Shown here: piece after piece, positions 1 through 11,434 of the stretch
Position numbering within the stretch: position 1 is the first letter of the stretch
Layout of the letters: every line of letters starts with the position of its first letter
From: Macrostomum lignano
Lineage: Eukaryota
DNA: 64,000 nucleotides
Direction of reading: 5' to 3'
Assembly (NCBI GenBank): GCA_002269645.1
Contig: NIVC01001675.1
Span: forward strand, 1-64,000
Notes under the pieces: model-generated
Seen by the model: the letters and a program-made list of their open reading frames with translations, nothing else
What the model was told of the DNA's origin: nothing
The model's database searches: none
Made by a program: the position numbers and the translations under genes

Positions 1-115
1 TCTCCTCTTGACCGGCCTAAGCAGCCGAGTTGGGCTTCGGCTCCGCATTTGCAGCACTTGACCCGGTTGGCCCTGAGCTGGCCAACGCAGTACGGGCACG
101 TGCCGTTCGGTTCCT
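1..115 (-). mobile_element. Degenerate PHD-finger-like coding fragment, possibly non-LTR retrotransposon ORF1, running off the window edge
   Basis: Minus strand reads TCPYCVGQLRANRVKCCKCGAEAQLGCLGRSR (C-x2-C-x9/10-C-x2-C-x4-Q-x2-C). Upstream in-frame stops indicate decay. PHD fingers occur in CR1/L2 ORF1 (established); the assignment is inference. Confidence 0.3.
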
Positions 116-1786
116 CTCAACGTCACTGGCTTTGGCCAGCTGCCTCCACAGCTAATCTTCCAGGTCGCATTCATCATGATGGCTCTCTTCGCTCGCTTCG
201 CTGTCTCAGTTTGTAGTCCCAGACCTGTTCGTCCCCTCTGACTGATGCCTTCAGGGCCAGGGCGCACCGCGTGGAGGTCGGTCTGGAAGCGCCAGGATTG
301 CTCCCTCAAGGATTATTCCTCAGGCCTACTGCTGTTGTTGTGGGGGCTAGCTCGCCAGGAGGCATCTCCGAACGCCGGGCGAGGAGAGGACGAGCCGCGC
401 ATCATCCTGGACTCCGGAGGGGTGGTCGCTGTCAGCGCAAGAGCATGATATGTAGGAGTCGCATCAGGCAAAAATTACTTTCCCAAATGGTACCCAGACC
501 CTCTAAACGAGCTCTAGTTCCCTCTAATAACTACTCGCAGAGTAAATTAATTTAAATTCCTATGTAAAGTGCACCATCAAAAGCTTAGTTAAAGATTGTT
601 CTGGAGTCGAAAAGCTGAAAGCTCTGCTTGGAACTCCTCTATTGCCTTTTTCTCCACGGCTTTTCGGCCGATCAGCCAGGTAGCTAAAGTAAGATTTTAA
701 TTTAAGTACATCGGTTAAGTTTTTAGTTTTTTATCTTGCTCTCTACCGTTTCATTTCGTTGGGTTTCAACTTTTTAACGCAATTTCTGGTACCTATGATA
801 CGAGCGTATACATAGCAAAATAGTTCAAAATTTCACCACGGTTATCGTAAGCTATCTCTTTCAACTGAGGGCCAAAACGTCGAAACGTTGCCAGATTCGC
901 TCTACGCTCTCACCATCTGTCAGGCCGACTGAGTAAACAGAGTGTATACCATTTCAAATTGACAGCGTAGAACATGCCCATAGGAATAAAAAGCCGCGGA
1001 ATAGCGAAATGCAACCGGTTAGTTTGCATCCGATGTCGTAGGATAGAACTGAAGTGCTTGTTGGTTCTTGCTTGTTAGTTTTCTCGGGTTGTCTCAAGGT
1101 GGCCGGGTAGGTCTTTGATAGCGCCTCTGCCTCCGATGAAGTACGGGCTGCCGCTTGAGAATTACCGTCGGCTCTCGTGAGGTGTCCTGGTAGATCTCCT
1201 TGCTCTGGGTGGAGACCTCTAGTTGGCGGTTTCTTAGAAACAGATACTTGTAGCGTTGGTAGTGCTGCCACCAGCTTCTTGGAGTCGCTTCCTTCTATGG
1301 GGTGCTGAGCTCGTAGAAGAAAATAACTAAGACGAGAGAGAGAGAGAGAGAGAGACTGGCACTTCGTGCAGATTTAGCATTTCTCGAGCAGAAGCGTCCA
1401 CAGTCGTGGATAGAACGATGGTGCTAGCTTCGGGTGAGCTAAGATGTCCTGCTAATAGATAGCAGGCACAATTAGAAGCAGGTACACTCAAAGTCAGGTC
1501 AATTATAAGGTTAGACTTGAGATCGAAATCAACACACGAACTTAGAGACTTTGGCAGAGAGTTTAAAACGCGGCCTGAAAAGCAGGCTGAAGGGCCGGAA
1601 GGCAGAAAGGCTTGTCTGAGCCAAGCCATAAGAGGAGCTGCATTTATAGGGGGAATCGATTGCACCACTGAAAACAAGACCCCCGCTGCGAGTCATGTCT
1701 GACTCTGTTGCTATTTTTATCAAATGACGAGCGGGTTTTGCCTTAGAGGGGACAATGGTCGGCGCACGTGATGTCCCAATAATGGC

Positions 1787-2382
1787 ATTCGACAAACAAC
1801 GACGCCGCCATACTCGCCCTGGGCCAATGACAAGCTGAATCGTGCAACAAAAACATTAAGAAGGTGCTCACTTGTCTCCTAGAAGACCATCAGCAATGGG
1901 ACAAGATGCTGCCAGCCGCTTTGACAGCCCTGCGATCAGCTGTCAACAGTACGACAGGATTCTCGCCGCATTACGTCATCTACGGCGTGCCCTATCGGTA
2001 CCCCATCGATAACACCCTAGACCGCCTGGACGTATCACCGGACCTCCCCGAGTACATCGCAAAGCATCAGCGCAGACTGGCCGAGACCGAGAGGATTGTG
2101 CGACAGCGATTGCGAGCCGAGATCCAGCGCCGCGAAGAGTATTACGAGAACCGACCCAAGCCCGTGGAACTGCAGCCCGGAGACCTGGTCTGCCTGGCCA
2201 ACCCGAAGCTCGAGTTGGGCGAGCTGCCGAAGTTTCACCGGCCGTACAAGAGTATGTACAAGGTCAACAGAAAAGTCGGCGAAGTAGCCTATTGGATCCA
2301 GCCAGCAACAGCCCGACGTGGACGCCCAGCCGAAATGTTGTGGAATCGCGTGTCCTCGCGGTTAAGCTACTGGTTTTACTGA
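1787..2382 (+). mobile_element. Gypsy/Ty3 LTR-retrotransposon integrase fragment (rve C-terminus plus GPY/F-SH3-like tail), frameshifted
   Basis: ORF 1864-2382: WDKMLPAALTALRSAVNSTTGFSPHYVIYG...LQPGDLVCL...PKFHRPYKSMYKVNRKVGEVAYWI. Another frame just upstream gives TTPPYSPWANDKLNR, resembling TTPYHPQxNGxxER. Confidence 0.85.
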
Positions 2383-4848
2383 TTTCTTTTAAGTTGATTA
2401 GTCCGAGCTCGGGAGACTCCGGGCTTGGCCTAAGTTTGGAAGATTTTTCTATTTACTTTAAGTTGGCTAAATAATTCCTATGATCTAGGATACTTCGCTC
2501 TATTAATCTGCTATTGCGTACTCTTAATTGGTAGGTTGCTGCCACCAGACTAATGTCCCTTTATAGTTAATGTTTTAAATTAAAATAAGCGAGACAAGAG
2601 TCAATTTCATGTAAGTTATTTGGAATAAACAAACAGAAAAAATGATATTATTAAACCAAAATATGCAAAAGATTAAGCAGTATTATTTCCTATTTTAATA
2701 GAACCGGTAGACTCCTGGTTCCTTTTAGACCAAATGGTAGACTCCTTTAGTCTTTCCCTTATTTTACCTAATTTATTCCTATTTTCGGTAGACTCCGTTT
2801 AACTAAGTGGTAGACTCCTCTTAGCTTCCCTATTTTACCCCGAACTTACCCTTATACTTTTCTTATAAATTCTTCTTTTAAAAAAAGGGGGAGACTCCCT
2901 TAGTTTAGCTTATTTGAGACTTTGATCTCTATAAATGTTGTTCCAATGGACGGTCCTGAACAGGATGCTAGACTGATTGTCCCGAACGGATGCTTTTCCG
3001 AGGCTAAACAGCCTTTTACTAATGGAGGAACCCGCTAAGACTCGAATTCCCACAACTTCAGATATTTCCCCGATGGTGAACTACTAACAGTAGCGTAAAA
3101 GCAAAACTGCTTATTCTAGACTTCATGCTACTAAAATAATTCATCCCGACGAATGGCAAACGCCTTAGCAAAACTGCTTGAAACTAAACCCCCTACTACA
3201 GTTGGTACATCGCAACAACATAATTAAGGTGCCGCAGATGATGGCAGACCGACCGCAGGAGCCGCCGCACCAGACTGAGCGGCCAATGTTGCCCTTCGAG
3301 TCGAGTGACGAAAGCGAAGTCGACCCCGCCGATCAGCCCGCGCCAGAGCAGCCAGCCGCAGCCTCGCCTGAGCTGCGCGGCAGTCAGCTGTTCGAACCGA
3401 GCTCCGCCATCCGGAAGTGCTGCCTGAAGACGACCCGGATCTGCCTGACATCGGCAGGGAGATCGAGGTTTAAACAGGTATTTACCAGCGAAATTCATTA
3501 ATATTGCACCTAAATTGCTAATTAACGATGCGCCTTACTAATAGTAGTCAAGCCGGTGAACGTGTTTTAATTTATTTATTTGCTGTAAGCTTTCTCTGCA
3601 CCCGCTCTGTGCTGAAAGCAGAATTCTAATTTAGCGGTTCAATTTGCTGTAATTTTCCCGTTTAATTCCTCCTTATGCTTTCAGGATAAAAGCAGGCGTC
3701 AATTGTAACTTTCCGCTCAATCAATTTTGTACTATTTCCTTATGCTTCAGGGTTAAAAGCAATCATTGTACATTCTCCTTATGCTTGAGGGTCAAAAGCA
3801 GTTTCATTTCAATGTACTTTCCTTATGCTTGAGGGTTAAAAGCAGTGTATATTTTGAACAGTTTTCAGTACCCACGCGAAGTGCGCGATTTGCTAGTTAT
3901 CCAATGCGTTTCAATAATTCAGCACTCATGCGCTATCTATTTATCCTTAAGCTTCCCGGCCAAAGCTCGCACCAATGCGATCATGCTTATTCAACGCGAC
4001 AAATATTTATCCAATGCGAAATATTTAATCGATGCGATACAGTAAAGCCATTGCTCAATTGCGCATCCCCATTTCATGTAAGCTTCGTTGCACACGCTCA
4101 AAGTGCAGAAGTGCCCTTTTCATTATGCTTTCCAGAAAAGCAACCGAGTTGTAAGCCTTCCAGTTCGATTAAAACTGAAGGTATCTCTTTCCAGGATGCT
4201 AGCCCACTGTCTAAGGGCCCAAACTGTCTGTGCCCCGCTCAGGTCAAGCCCCGGTTTCAGGCCTGTCCTCAGTGGTGGGCATTTTTTTCGAGGACTCGAC
4301 CCCCTTTCTTTGTCTGAATTTTGGCTCGAGCCTGGGAATTCGTGTAGGCCGCCGGTTTGGCTCCTCTTCCCAGTGCCATTTGTCAGCCCTATGCATTGTA
4401 ACTCTTTACGGAAGCCTCCTTGCGAATCTTATATATATGTTAACTTGCTATTATTTCTATTATTCTATTTTAACTTTCCGTTTATGCGATTTTATTTTAG
4501 TTTTCTTAACCGCCAACCTGTTCAATGTGAGCCCTTCAAAGGCCCCATCTGATTCATTTAGTTCTGCCCCCCGCTGTGCGGTTATCTGTTTTATTGCCTT
4601 TGATTTCATGCGCCCACCCCATTCTGTGCGCGCCCGCCATAGAGTGCAAGGAGGGGTGCCAGCCTGCTCCCACGGTTGAGCCCTTTTCCCCCTTTTTCAA
4701 CTGTTGGTTGTTTGCCGGCCTATTTAAGCCAGCGCGCCGGCCCGGATCAGTTTTCTCTAAACCGTGTAATATTTCTTGGGTTTTGTAACCATCAATTTGC
4801 GACCATAGCAACCTAAACTTCAACACCGTCAATCTGCGAGTTTCTGCC

Positions 4849-5214
4849 ATGTCCAACTACAATGGCGCCCCAACTCCGGAGATGCAAGCCGCCCTCGCCC
4901 GAGCCCCGTGGCTCCGGCCGGACGAAGTCGCCGCCCTTCGGGCAATTACTGCTACAGCTGCCGGCACCCTTACGGCTCGAGTTCGCCTCAAACATGCCTT
5001 GGACGCCGCTTACTACCAGGCCACGCGCAAGGGGCGCGTCCAAATCGACGCCCCCTGGCGCACCTACTGCAGCCTAATGCCGCCGGAGGCGACCCTTGAG
5101 GTATTGGAGAGCCTGCTCGGCCAAGCGGAGGAGTATCTACGCCAATGGCCTGGTCGACCGAGACCGGCGCTGGCCCTGCTGCTGGCTTTAGCCTATCTGG
5201 AGGCGGTAATTTAA
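4849..5214 (+). CDS. Intronless GC-rich orphan ORF, 121 aa, function unknown (possibly element-borne)
   Basis: ATG to TAA, GC-rich within AT-rich flanks, TATA-like TATTTAAG near 4720; no motif recognised. Confidence 0.35.
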   Translation: MSNYNGAPTPEMQAALARAPWLRPDEVAALRAITATAAGTLTARVRLKHALDAAYYQATRKGRVQIDAPWRTYCSLMPPEATLEVLESLLGQAEEYLRQWPGRPRPALALLLALAYLEAVI

Positions 5215-5689
5215 TTTGACTCCCAATTCCTGGAACTTTTCCTTGTTACTTTTCCAACGGTTGTGTCTCCTTTTTCCCGGTGTTGTTTTGTGTTCTCCTA
5301 TTGTTGTCACTCCGGTTTGCCCCGCCGTTGGAATGTTTTTGTCTTTTGTTGATATTTCCCAATTTTGCTACCTTATGCATTGTGATTTTTTGTCCATCAG
5401 GTTGCCCACGGGCTCGCCCATGTTGTCCAGTCATCCGTCCCAACCCCCGCCCTGGGATTGAATTTAATATCTTTTCTTATTTAAGTTTCGGTTTCTGCCG
5501 CGATGTTTTTGCCCTCCTCCCTTCCTGCGCTCTCTCTCCTTGTTTAGTTGTAGTTAATTACGCTGTCTCGGCATCCGTCGTCGCCGGCCCCCTTTTCTCG
5601 TTCGCAACAAAATAAATTTCCAACGCCTGCTAACAAAACGTTTTAACGAATTATAATTAATACACAAATAACGCCGACGAATTAAATAT

Positions 5690-6133
5690 TAACTACTCTT
5701 TATCCGTTGATTAAGCCATGAATCCTGAATCATGAATCCTTTCATAATCTTGAATCCTTTGCCCGTGGGGCGTAAAATAACCGAAGTCTCATCTCAAAGA
5801 AAGCTCTGAGACCATTAGAAGTTCCGTAATACGTAAATTACGGTGGTGGCAGCAACTACCCTACTAAAAGTAACAAGTTCAACTCATCGACGCATTAATT
5901 TACGGAGACAGAATCTCCTGTGTTTCTACAACTGAACGACCGTGCCGCTCTACGACCGCTCCGCTACGATTACAACTACCCTCCCCCCGGACTTGAGAAC
6001 CCGGCTGTCGGAGTAAAAGGAGAAGAATTTCATTGAGGTTTTGTCTGCACGAGTTTTCCGGCTTGATTCGTATTTCAGCAACGCCGGCGGAAATTCAAAC
6101 GAGGAATCCGCCCCACCTCATTGGTGTCAGTGG
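5690..6133 (+). repeat. Long inverted-repeat unit, copy A
   Basis: Reverse complement of the ~6383-6815 and ~9310-9790 copies (e.g. GCCCGTGGGGCGTAAAATAACC...CTCAAAGAAAGCTCTGAG...CCGTAATACGTAAATTACGGTGGTGGCAGC). Confidence 0.85.
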
Positions 6134-6382
6134 GCCTTTTCATATTGCTTGTTCTGGTTCCAGAACCAGAACCAATTTGTGAAGTATAACTTTTTGTCTC
6201 CATAACTAGAGGGAGATACGTGCTATAAAGTTTTTATTATTGAATGACAATCGCCAAGAAGAAAGTGAAAATTGTACTTAGTGAGGTTGTTAAGGCAGTC
6301 AAATATTAACAGAGTTAAATAGTTATACTGCTGTTTTTCTTGGAATTTCGAACCGATTCTGGTTCTGGAATTGGTAATATTG

Positions 6383-6815
6383 AGGTGGGGGTGGAGAAGA
6401 TTTAAACTCTTGGGTTGAAGGTCGGCCGAAATTCTTCGAAACCGGTGGCGTTGCGTTCGCACGAATAAAACCGGAAAATCGCGCAGATGAATCACAACGG
6501 AATCTCTTCTCCTTTTTCACCGACTGCCGGGTTCTCAAGTCCGGGGGGAGGGTAGTCGTAATCGTAGCAGAGCGGTCGTTTAGCGGCTCGGGTCGTTCAA
6601 AGCGATGAAACACCGGAGATTTCTGGCTCCGTAAATTAATGCGCCGATGTGTTGAACTGGTTACTTTCAGTAGGGTAGTTGCTGCCACCACCGTAATTTA
6701 CGTATTACGGAACGGATAAGTCTCAGAGCTTTCTTTGAGATGAGAACTTGGTTATTTTACGCCCCACGGGCAAATGACTCTAAATGCTATGGCTTATGTC
6801 AACATGATGGGTTTC
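6383..6815 (-). repeat. Long inverted-repeat unit, copy B
   Basis: GCTGCCACCACCGTAATTTACGTATTACGGAAC...GAGCTTTCTTTGAGATGAG...CGCCCCACGGGCAAA is the reverse complement of copy A. Confidence 0.85.
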
Positions 6816-8059
6816 GACCTTCGGGCTCCTTGTTAGGGAAGCCTTCGGGCCTCAGGCTCAGAAATAAATCAATTAGAGACCTGGCCCCCCACTCCTGTCA
6901 GATGGTCAGCCCCATGGTAGCTTGATCGTGTGGCGAGCAGTCTAGGTCCTATAGCTAAGAGAGGGACAGCGAGAGACGAGCAGGGAGAATTTTGAAAGTA
7001 GAAATTAGCTAATCCGCAGATCAACTAACTTGCTGCCACCAGCCCGTGCGCCCTGGCTCACCACACCGGGACTCTCGAAATCGGGCTTCCGACTAGAAGG
7101 GGCTTTGCACTTACCTGCCAACTAGTGTCTTTTTGCTGTCAATCTCGAAGTCATAGCCGATGATAAGGGACACTGCTGGGACTAGATCGCATTGGCCATG
7201 CAGGTACAGAAGGGACTTGTGCAGGGGATTCTTGCGGTGGCGAGTCTGGGGTAGCTACATGTACTATTACATTGCTAAATACGAAGATATGTACTTTTGG
7301 CCTTCAACGCGCCAACTAGCCTCTCATAGCGCTGATGATAGGCTAACTCGAACTTCAGAGACCGCATGATTCATTTACCCGAGCCGCTTGGCTACCCTAG
7401 AGTGCACAAAGTACATCTCTGGCGCCGATTCTGCACTTCTGGCAGTTTTGCTCACTAATTTGATAGATTGGTCGACTGAGAACTGCCTTGCCATTGGTCC
7501 ACTGTGACCGGCGCCTACTAGCTTAGCTACTCATCTGAGCCATCGGCGAACAAAGAAATAAAACCGATAAAAATAACTGTTAGATTTAACCTTCTCCTTA
7601 GTTCACTTCACACTTCAGATTGAATTGGAGTCTTAGACTACTAGCAGTATTATTGAATGATTTCTGCCTCAGCAACAGCACTACTGAACAAAATGAGCAA
7701 AAGTGTGCGCCTAATTCAGCTACTGCAACAGGGGACAGATAAGGGATCACCCAATCAAGCAAGTCTAGGTAGCCTCTCACCCAACCAATCAGAAACTCAA
7801 CAGCTGGAGACCAGGTAATCCACAGTGACCGAATCGGCTCGATGCTCTGCAGCTGTAGACTCGGGATGATGCTGTCACTATCTTCGCTGATAGCTGGCAG
7901 GTGATGATCTTTGCTTGATGTTCGCTGCTGTCGACCGGGGGACTCGTCCTTGATGATGATGGGGGAAGTCGCAATCCGGGGATCAAGAAACGACGGTCGT
8001 GCTCCTTGAACCAGAAGTTGCGCGCTGGGCCCGAGCCAAAGTTGAGTCCGAGCGGGCCA

Positions 8060-8205
8060 AAAACTCCGGTTTAAATAGCCGCCAACTGGACCGCAGTTTG
8101 TTATAATGGAACACGTCGATTCTGATTGGCTGAGCCGTTTTGTTAAAATGAGCGCCGAATTTTCTGATTGGCTAAGCTTGTTGCTACCCAGAATCACGTG
8201 ACCGA
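8060..8205 (-). promoter_or_regulatory. Promoter-like cluster: E-box, two CCAAT boxes and TATA on the minus strand
   Basis: TCACGTGA near 8194, CTGATTGGCT near 8124 and 8164, TATTTAAA (minus strand) near 8063-8071. Confidence 0.4.
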
Positions 8206-8889
8206 GAGATCCTATCAGTTCCCACAGGGTCGTAAAAAGATGACAGGTGCGGCCATAAATCACTCAAAATCGCAACAAAATGATTTATGACCTTTCGCGT
8301 AGGATTGACAGAAATTAATGAAAAAATATACATTAGAAAGCTCTTATTAAATAGAAAGTGAAGATAATGAAGAGAAATCGCTAATCGCTAATCCCAAAGT
8401 ACTTTTAGGGGTAAAACGCATAGCTGTCAAAGCTGTCACACGCTTGAGTGAACACGAACAATAGGCTCTGACCTCATAAATCTTGATGGCCTGTCAAAAT
8501 GATGAGAAAAAAGCTACCGCCCGCATCCTCTCAGACCATCTGGCGCCCGCTTCAACACTGAGTGAGGCGCAGGTGGCTGTCAGACCAACTTTGAAAGCGA
8601 TGATTTATGACCCAAAAAGCTGCGCCTATGTTATTATGACTACTAGTATGACCAGGCATTATATCTAGTATAGATTCTATGAAAATTCGCAGAAAAAGGA
8701 TAAAAATGCCCATTGCCCACTGTTAGTAGGCAAGTAAGTTTAGAGCCCATGTGCTAGCGCGGGATTTGGGAAAAAGTGCGTCCTCATCAAACAGATTAAA
8801 TATGATTCGGAATAAAGGTTTTTAGGCTTGGTTTATTAATAATAATTCAGGCTTATGATTAGTAACTTTAATATTTCAGACGACGGAGA

Positions 8890-10515
8890 TGTTCACGGGC
8901 GCCGGTGCGCTAAATAAACTTAGAAAATAACGAAAATTAGACTTAGTGAACCAAAAGGTAGATCAAGGAAACAGGGGGGGTTGAAGGCCAAAAGGGTTAG
9001 AAAACAACTCATCGTGCGCAGATTATAAATAAAGAGCGAATTACATGCACATCGTTTGGAAGATAAACTGGACAGGCCGATGGAGCAAAGTTTCAATGCG
9101 TGGAAACTTTGGGTGGACGGCTTTCCGCAAACGAAAAAGAAGAAAACTTTAACAAAAATCCATCGCAAGGGAGCGCGTTTTAGCAACAAGTGGAAAACTA
9201 AAAACAGTGGCTGGACGGCCACTTGACGGAAAATGATGCGCCAAAATTCACTGGATGGATACGAAAAGTCAAAATTAATGTTTCTTGTGCATGCAACTTA
9301 GCGTAATGGTTTTGAGGTGGGGGTGGAGAAGTTTTCTTGGAAATTGGTGGGTTATTTTAAATTAGTTGCTGACACCAGTGAGGTGGGGCGGATTCCTCGT
9401 ATGAATTGCCGCCGGCGTTGTTGAAACACGAATAAAGCCGGAAAATCGCGCAGACGAATCACCACGAATTTCTTCTCCTTTTACTCCGACAGCCGGGGTC
9501 CTCAAATTCCGGGGGGAGGGTAGTCGTAATCGTAGCAGAGCGGTCGTTAGAGCGGCACGGTCGTTCAGATGGTAGACACCGGAGATTGACACCGTAAAGT
9601 AATGTGTCGATTTGCAGAGCTGAATACTGTCAGTAGGGTAGTTGCTGCCACCACCGTAATTTACGTATTACGGAACGTTTAGTGATCTCAGAGCTTTCTT
9701 TGAGATGAGATTTCGGTTATTTTACGCCCCACGGGCAAAGGATTCAAGATAGGCTATGGCTTAAGTCAACGGAATAAATATTAAGCGTTAATTTGTTGTT
9801 ATTTATTAAAGTAATTATGGTTATTAATTTTAAAGCAGGTTATTTATTGATTAATGAGTAATATAATGACGATGATGAATACACGGGCGCCGGTGCGCTA
9901 ATAAACTAATAAATTAATGAACTGTAGAGATAAACAGACAAGATAGTGAGGCAGCGGTCGCGCAAGAAGAAAGTTAGAAAAATTGGCAACTGAGCATGAG
10001 TAGTTTATATAAGCAAAAGTAGGGCAACGTCCAAAGCATGGGGGAAAGATTAGCCAACAAGGGGGCCATACAATGGTTAAAGGAGAAATTAGACAGAAAA
10101 TATATAATGAACCGCTTAATTCCAACTAATGAAAAGGCTGTTAGCCAACGATGGGAAACTGAATAGCAACGGTGGGTCCACACACGGGGCCAACAAGAGG
10201 AGGGGGTGATGTCATTTAACAATGGTTGGCCGCACGGGTTGGTATTCACGAAGAAAAACACGGGCGCGCATTTAAAATGAAAAATATTAAATGGTGGCAA
10301 CCCCACTGCCACAGTTTCATTAAGTTTTCATCAGTGGCACTCGACTGCCACAATATGAAAAGGCCCAGTAAATTTTCAAACCGACCGATTCGGCAGAATT
10401 TCAAATTAAAGCTTCTCCACCCCCACCTTAAGTAGCTGGATGTCCACTTAACGGAAATAGAATGCCAAAATTCACTGAGTGGACACAAAATTAATGTTTC
10501 TTGTGCATGCGATTT
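8890..10515. repeat. Two diverged direct copies of a block (~8890-9300 and ~9880-10515) flanking copy C
   Basis: Shared CACGGGCGCCGGTGCGCTA(A)ATAAACT starts and GCCAAAATTCACTG...AAAATTAATGTTTCTTGTGCATGC ends. Confidence 0.7.
9310..9790 (-). repeat. Long inverted-repeat unit, copy C
   Basis: Same orientation as B and inverted relative to A; shares the inner-flank GAGGTGGGGGTGGAGAAG with B. Confidence 0.85.
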
Positions 10516-11434
10516 AAAAGTTACTAGAGTAAATTGTTAATCAAGTTTCACTAGTGGCACCCAGCTGCCACATTATATTATAGATTCTAGCAATATACTT
10601 TATAGAAGCATTGTATGCAAGTTGTATAGTTAAGATAGTATAAGCCAAAGTTAAAATGAATGCAGTCCTAGCTATTTTTGTTAGCTATTGATATGATAAA
10701 ATATCTATTTATTACCATTGGATTTAACATTGTTGAAAGTTATTGGAAGTTAGAAAGTTAATTAGCTATAAATAAACATATGAATATATAGGAAAAATAG
10801 ATATAGCAATGGGTAACAGATATATGAAATCTGTTTGTCAATTTCTAACTAATTTTTCTGTATTGATTTGGATATTGAGAATATTTAAAAATATATAAAA
10901 ATTATAAAGTTTTGGTTGAGGTAATTGATTTTGTCATTTTTGGTTTATTTAAAATTATTTAAAGTTTTAATATATTAGTATTGGATTTAATGTTTTTTGT
11001 AGTGAGCCAATTAATACTTGGACTTCAATTTTTGCATTAGAAGATTTGTAACTTAGCTATAATGTAATTATTATTTGTGATATTTTATGTTCAAATCAAA
11101 TAAGTTATAATAAGATTATCTATCTATAAGTGATTGGAGCAACTTAGTAGTGAATCTGACTCTTATGCATAAAAATAATCACTTAAGGAGGTTATAATGC
11201 AATTCATAATCATAATGGCCAACTCCCAAAGCACAGAGAGTAATATGCTTAACAATTAGAAAGACAAGGCCACTTTATACCCTTATATAAGGGTTGGTTG
11301 AAAAGTTTATAGCCTAACACAGAAAATGGATTAGCAGGTAAATGTTAACTTGTAATGTTTTATTTCTTAACATAGTTGCCTTTTAAGTTTATACATTTCA
11401 TCTAGTTATAACACTAACATTATTCAATACAAAT

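Noticed and set aside
1263-1340. LTR plus primer-binding site for the Gypsy fragment
   Set aside because: The motif is on the opposite strand to the integrase, no TG...CA LTR pair was found, and the purine tract near 2880 is not followed by TG.
3660-3850. CRISPR-like repeat-spacer layout
   Set aside because: Eukaryotic context, irregular spacer lengths, degenerate repeats and no cas genes.
5824-5843. Rolling-circle (CRESS/Helitron) origin hairpin
   Set aside because: The loop does not match the NANTANTAC nonamer and no Rep/helicase ORF is present.
7104-7116. U1 snRNA-like ACTTACCTG
   Set aside because: Only the 9-mer matches; it is a consensus splice donor on the minus strand and the rest of U1 is absent.
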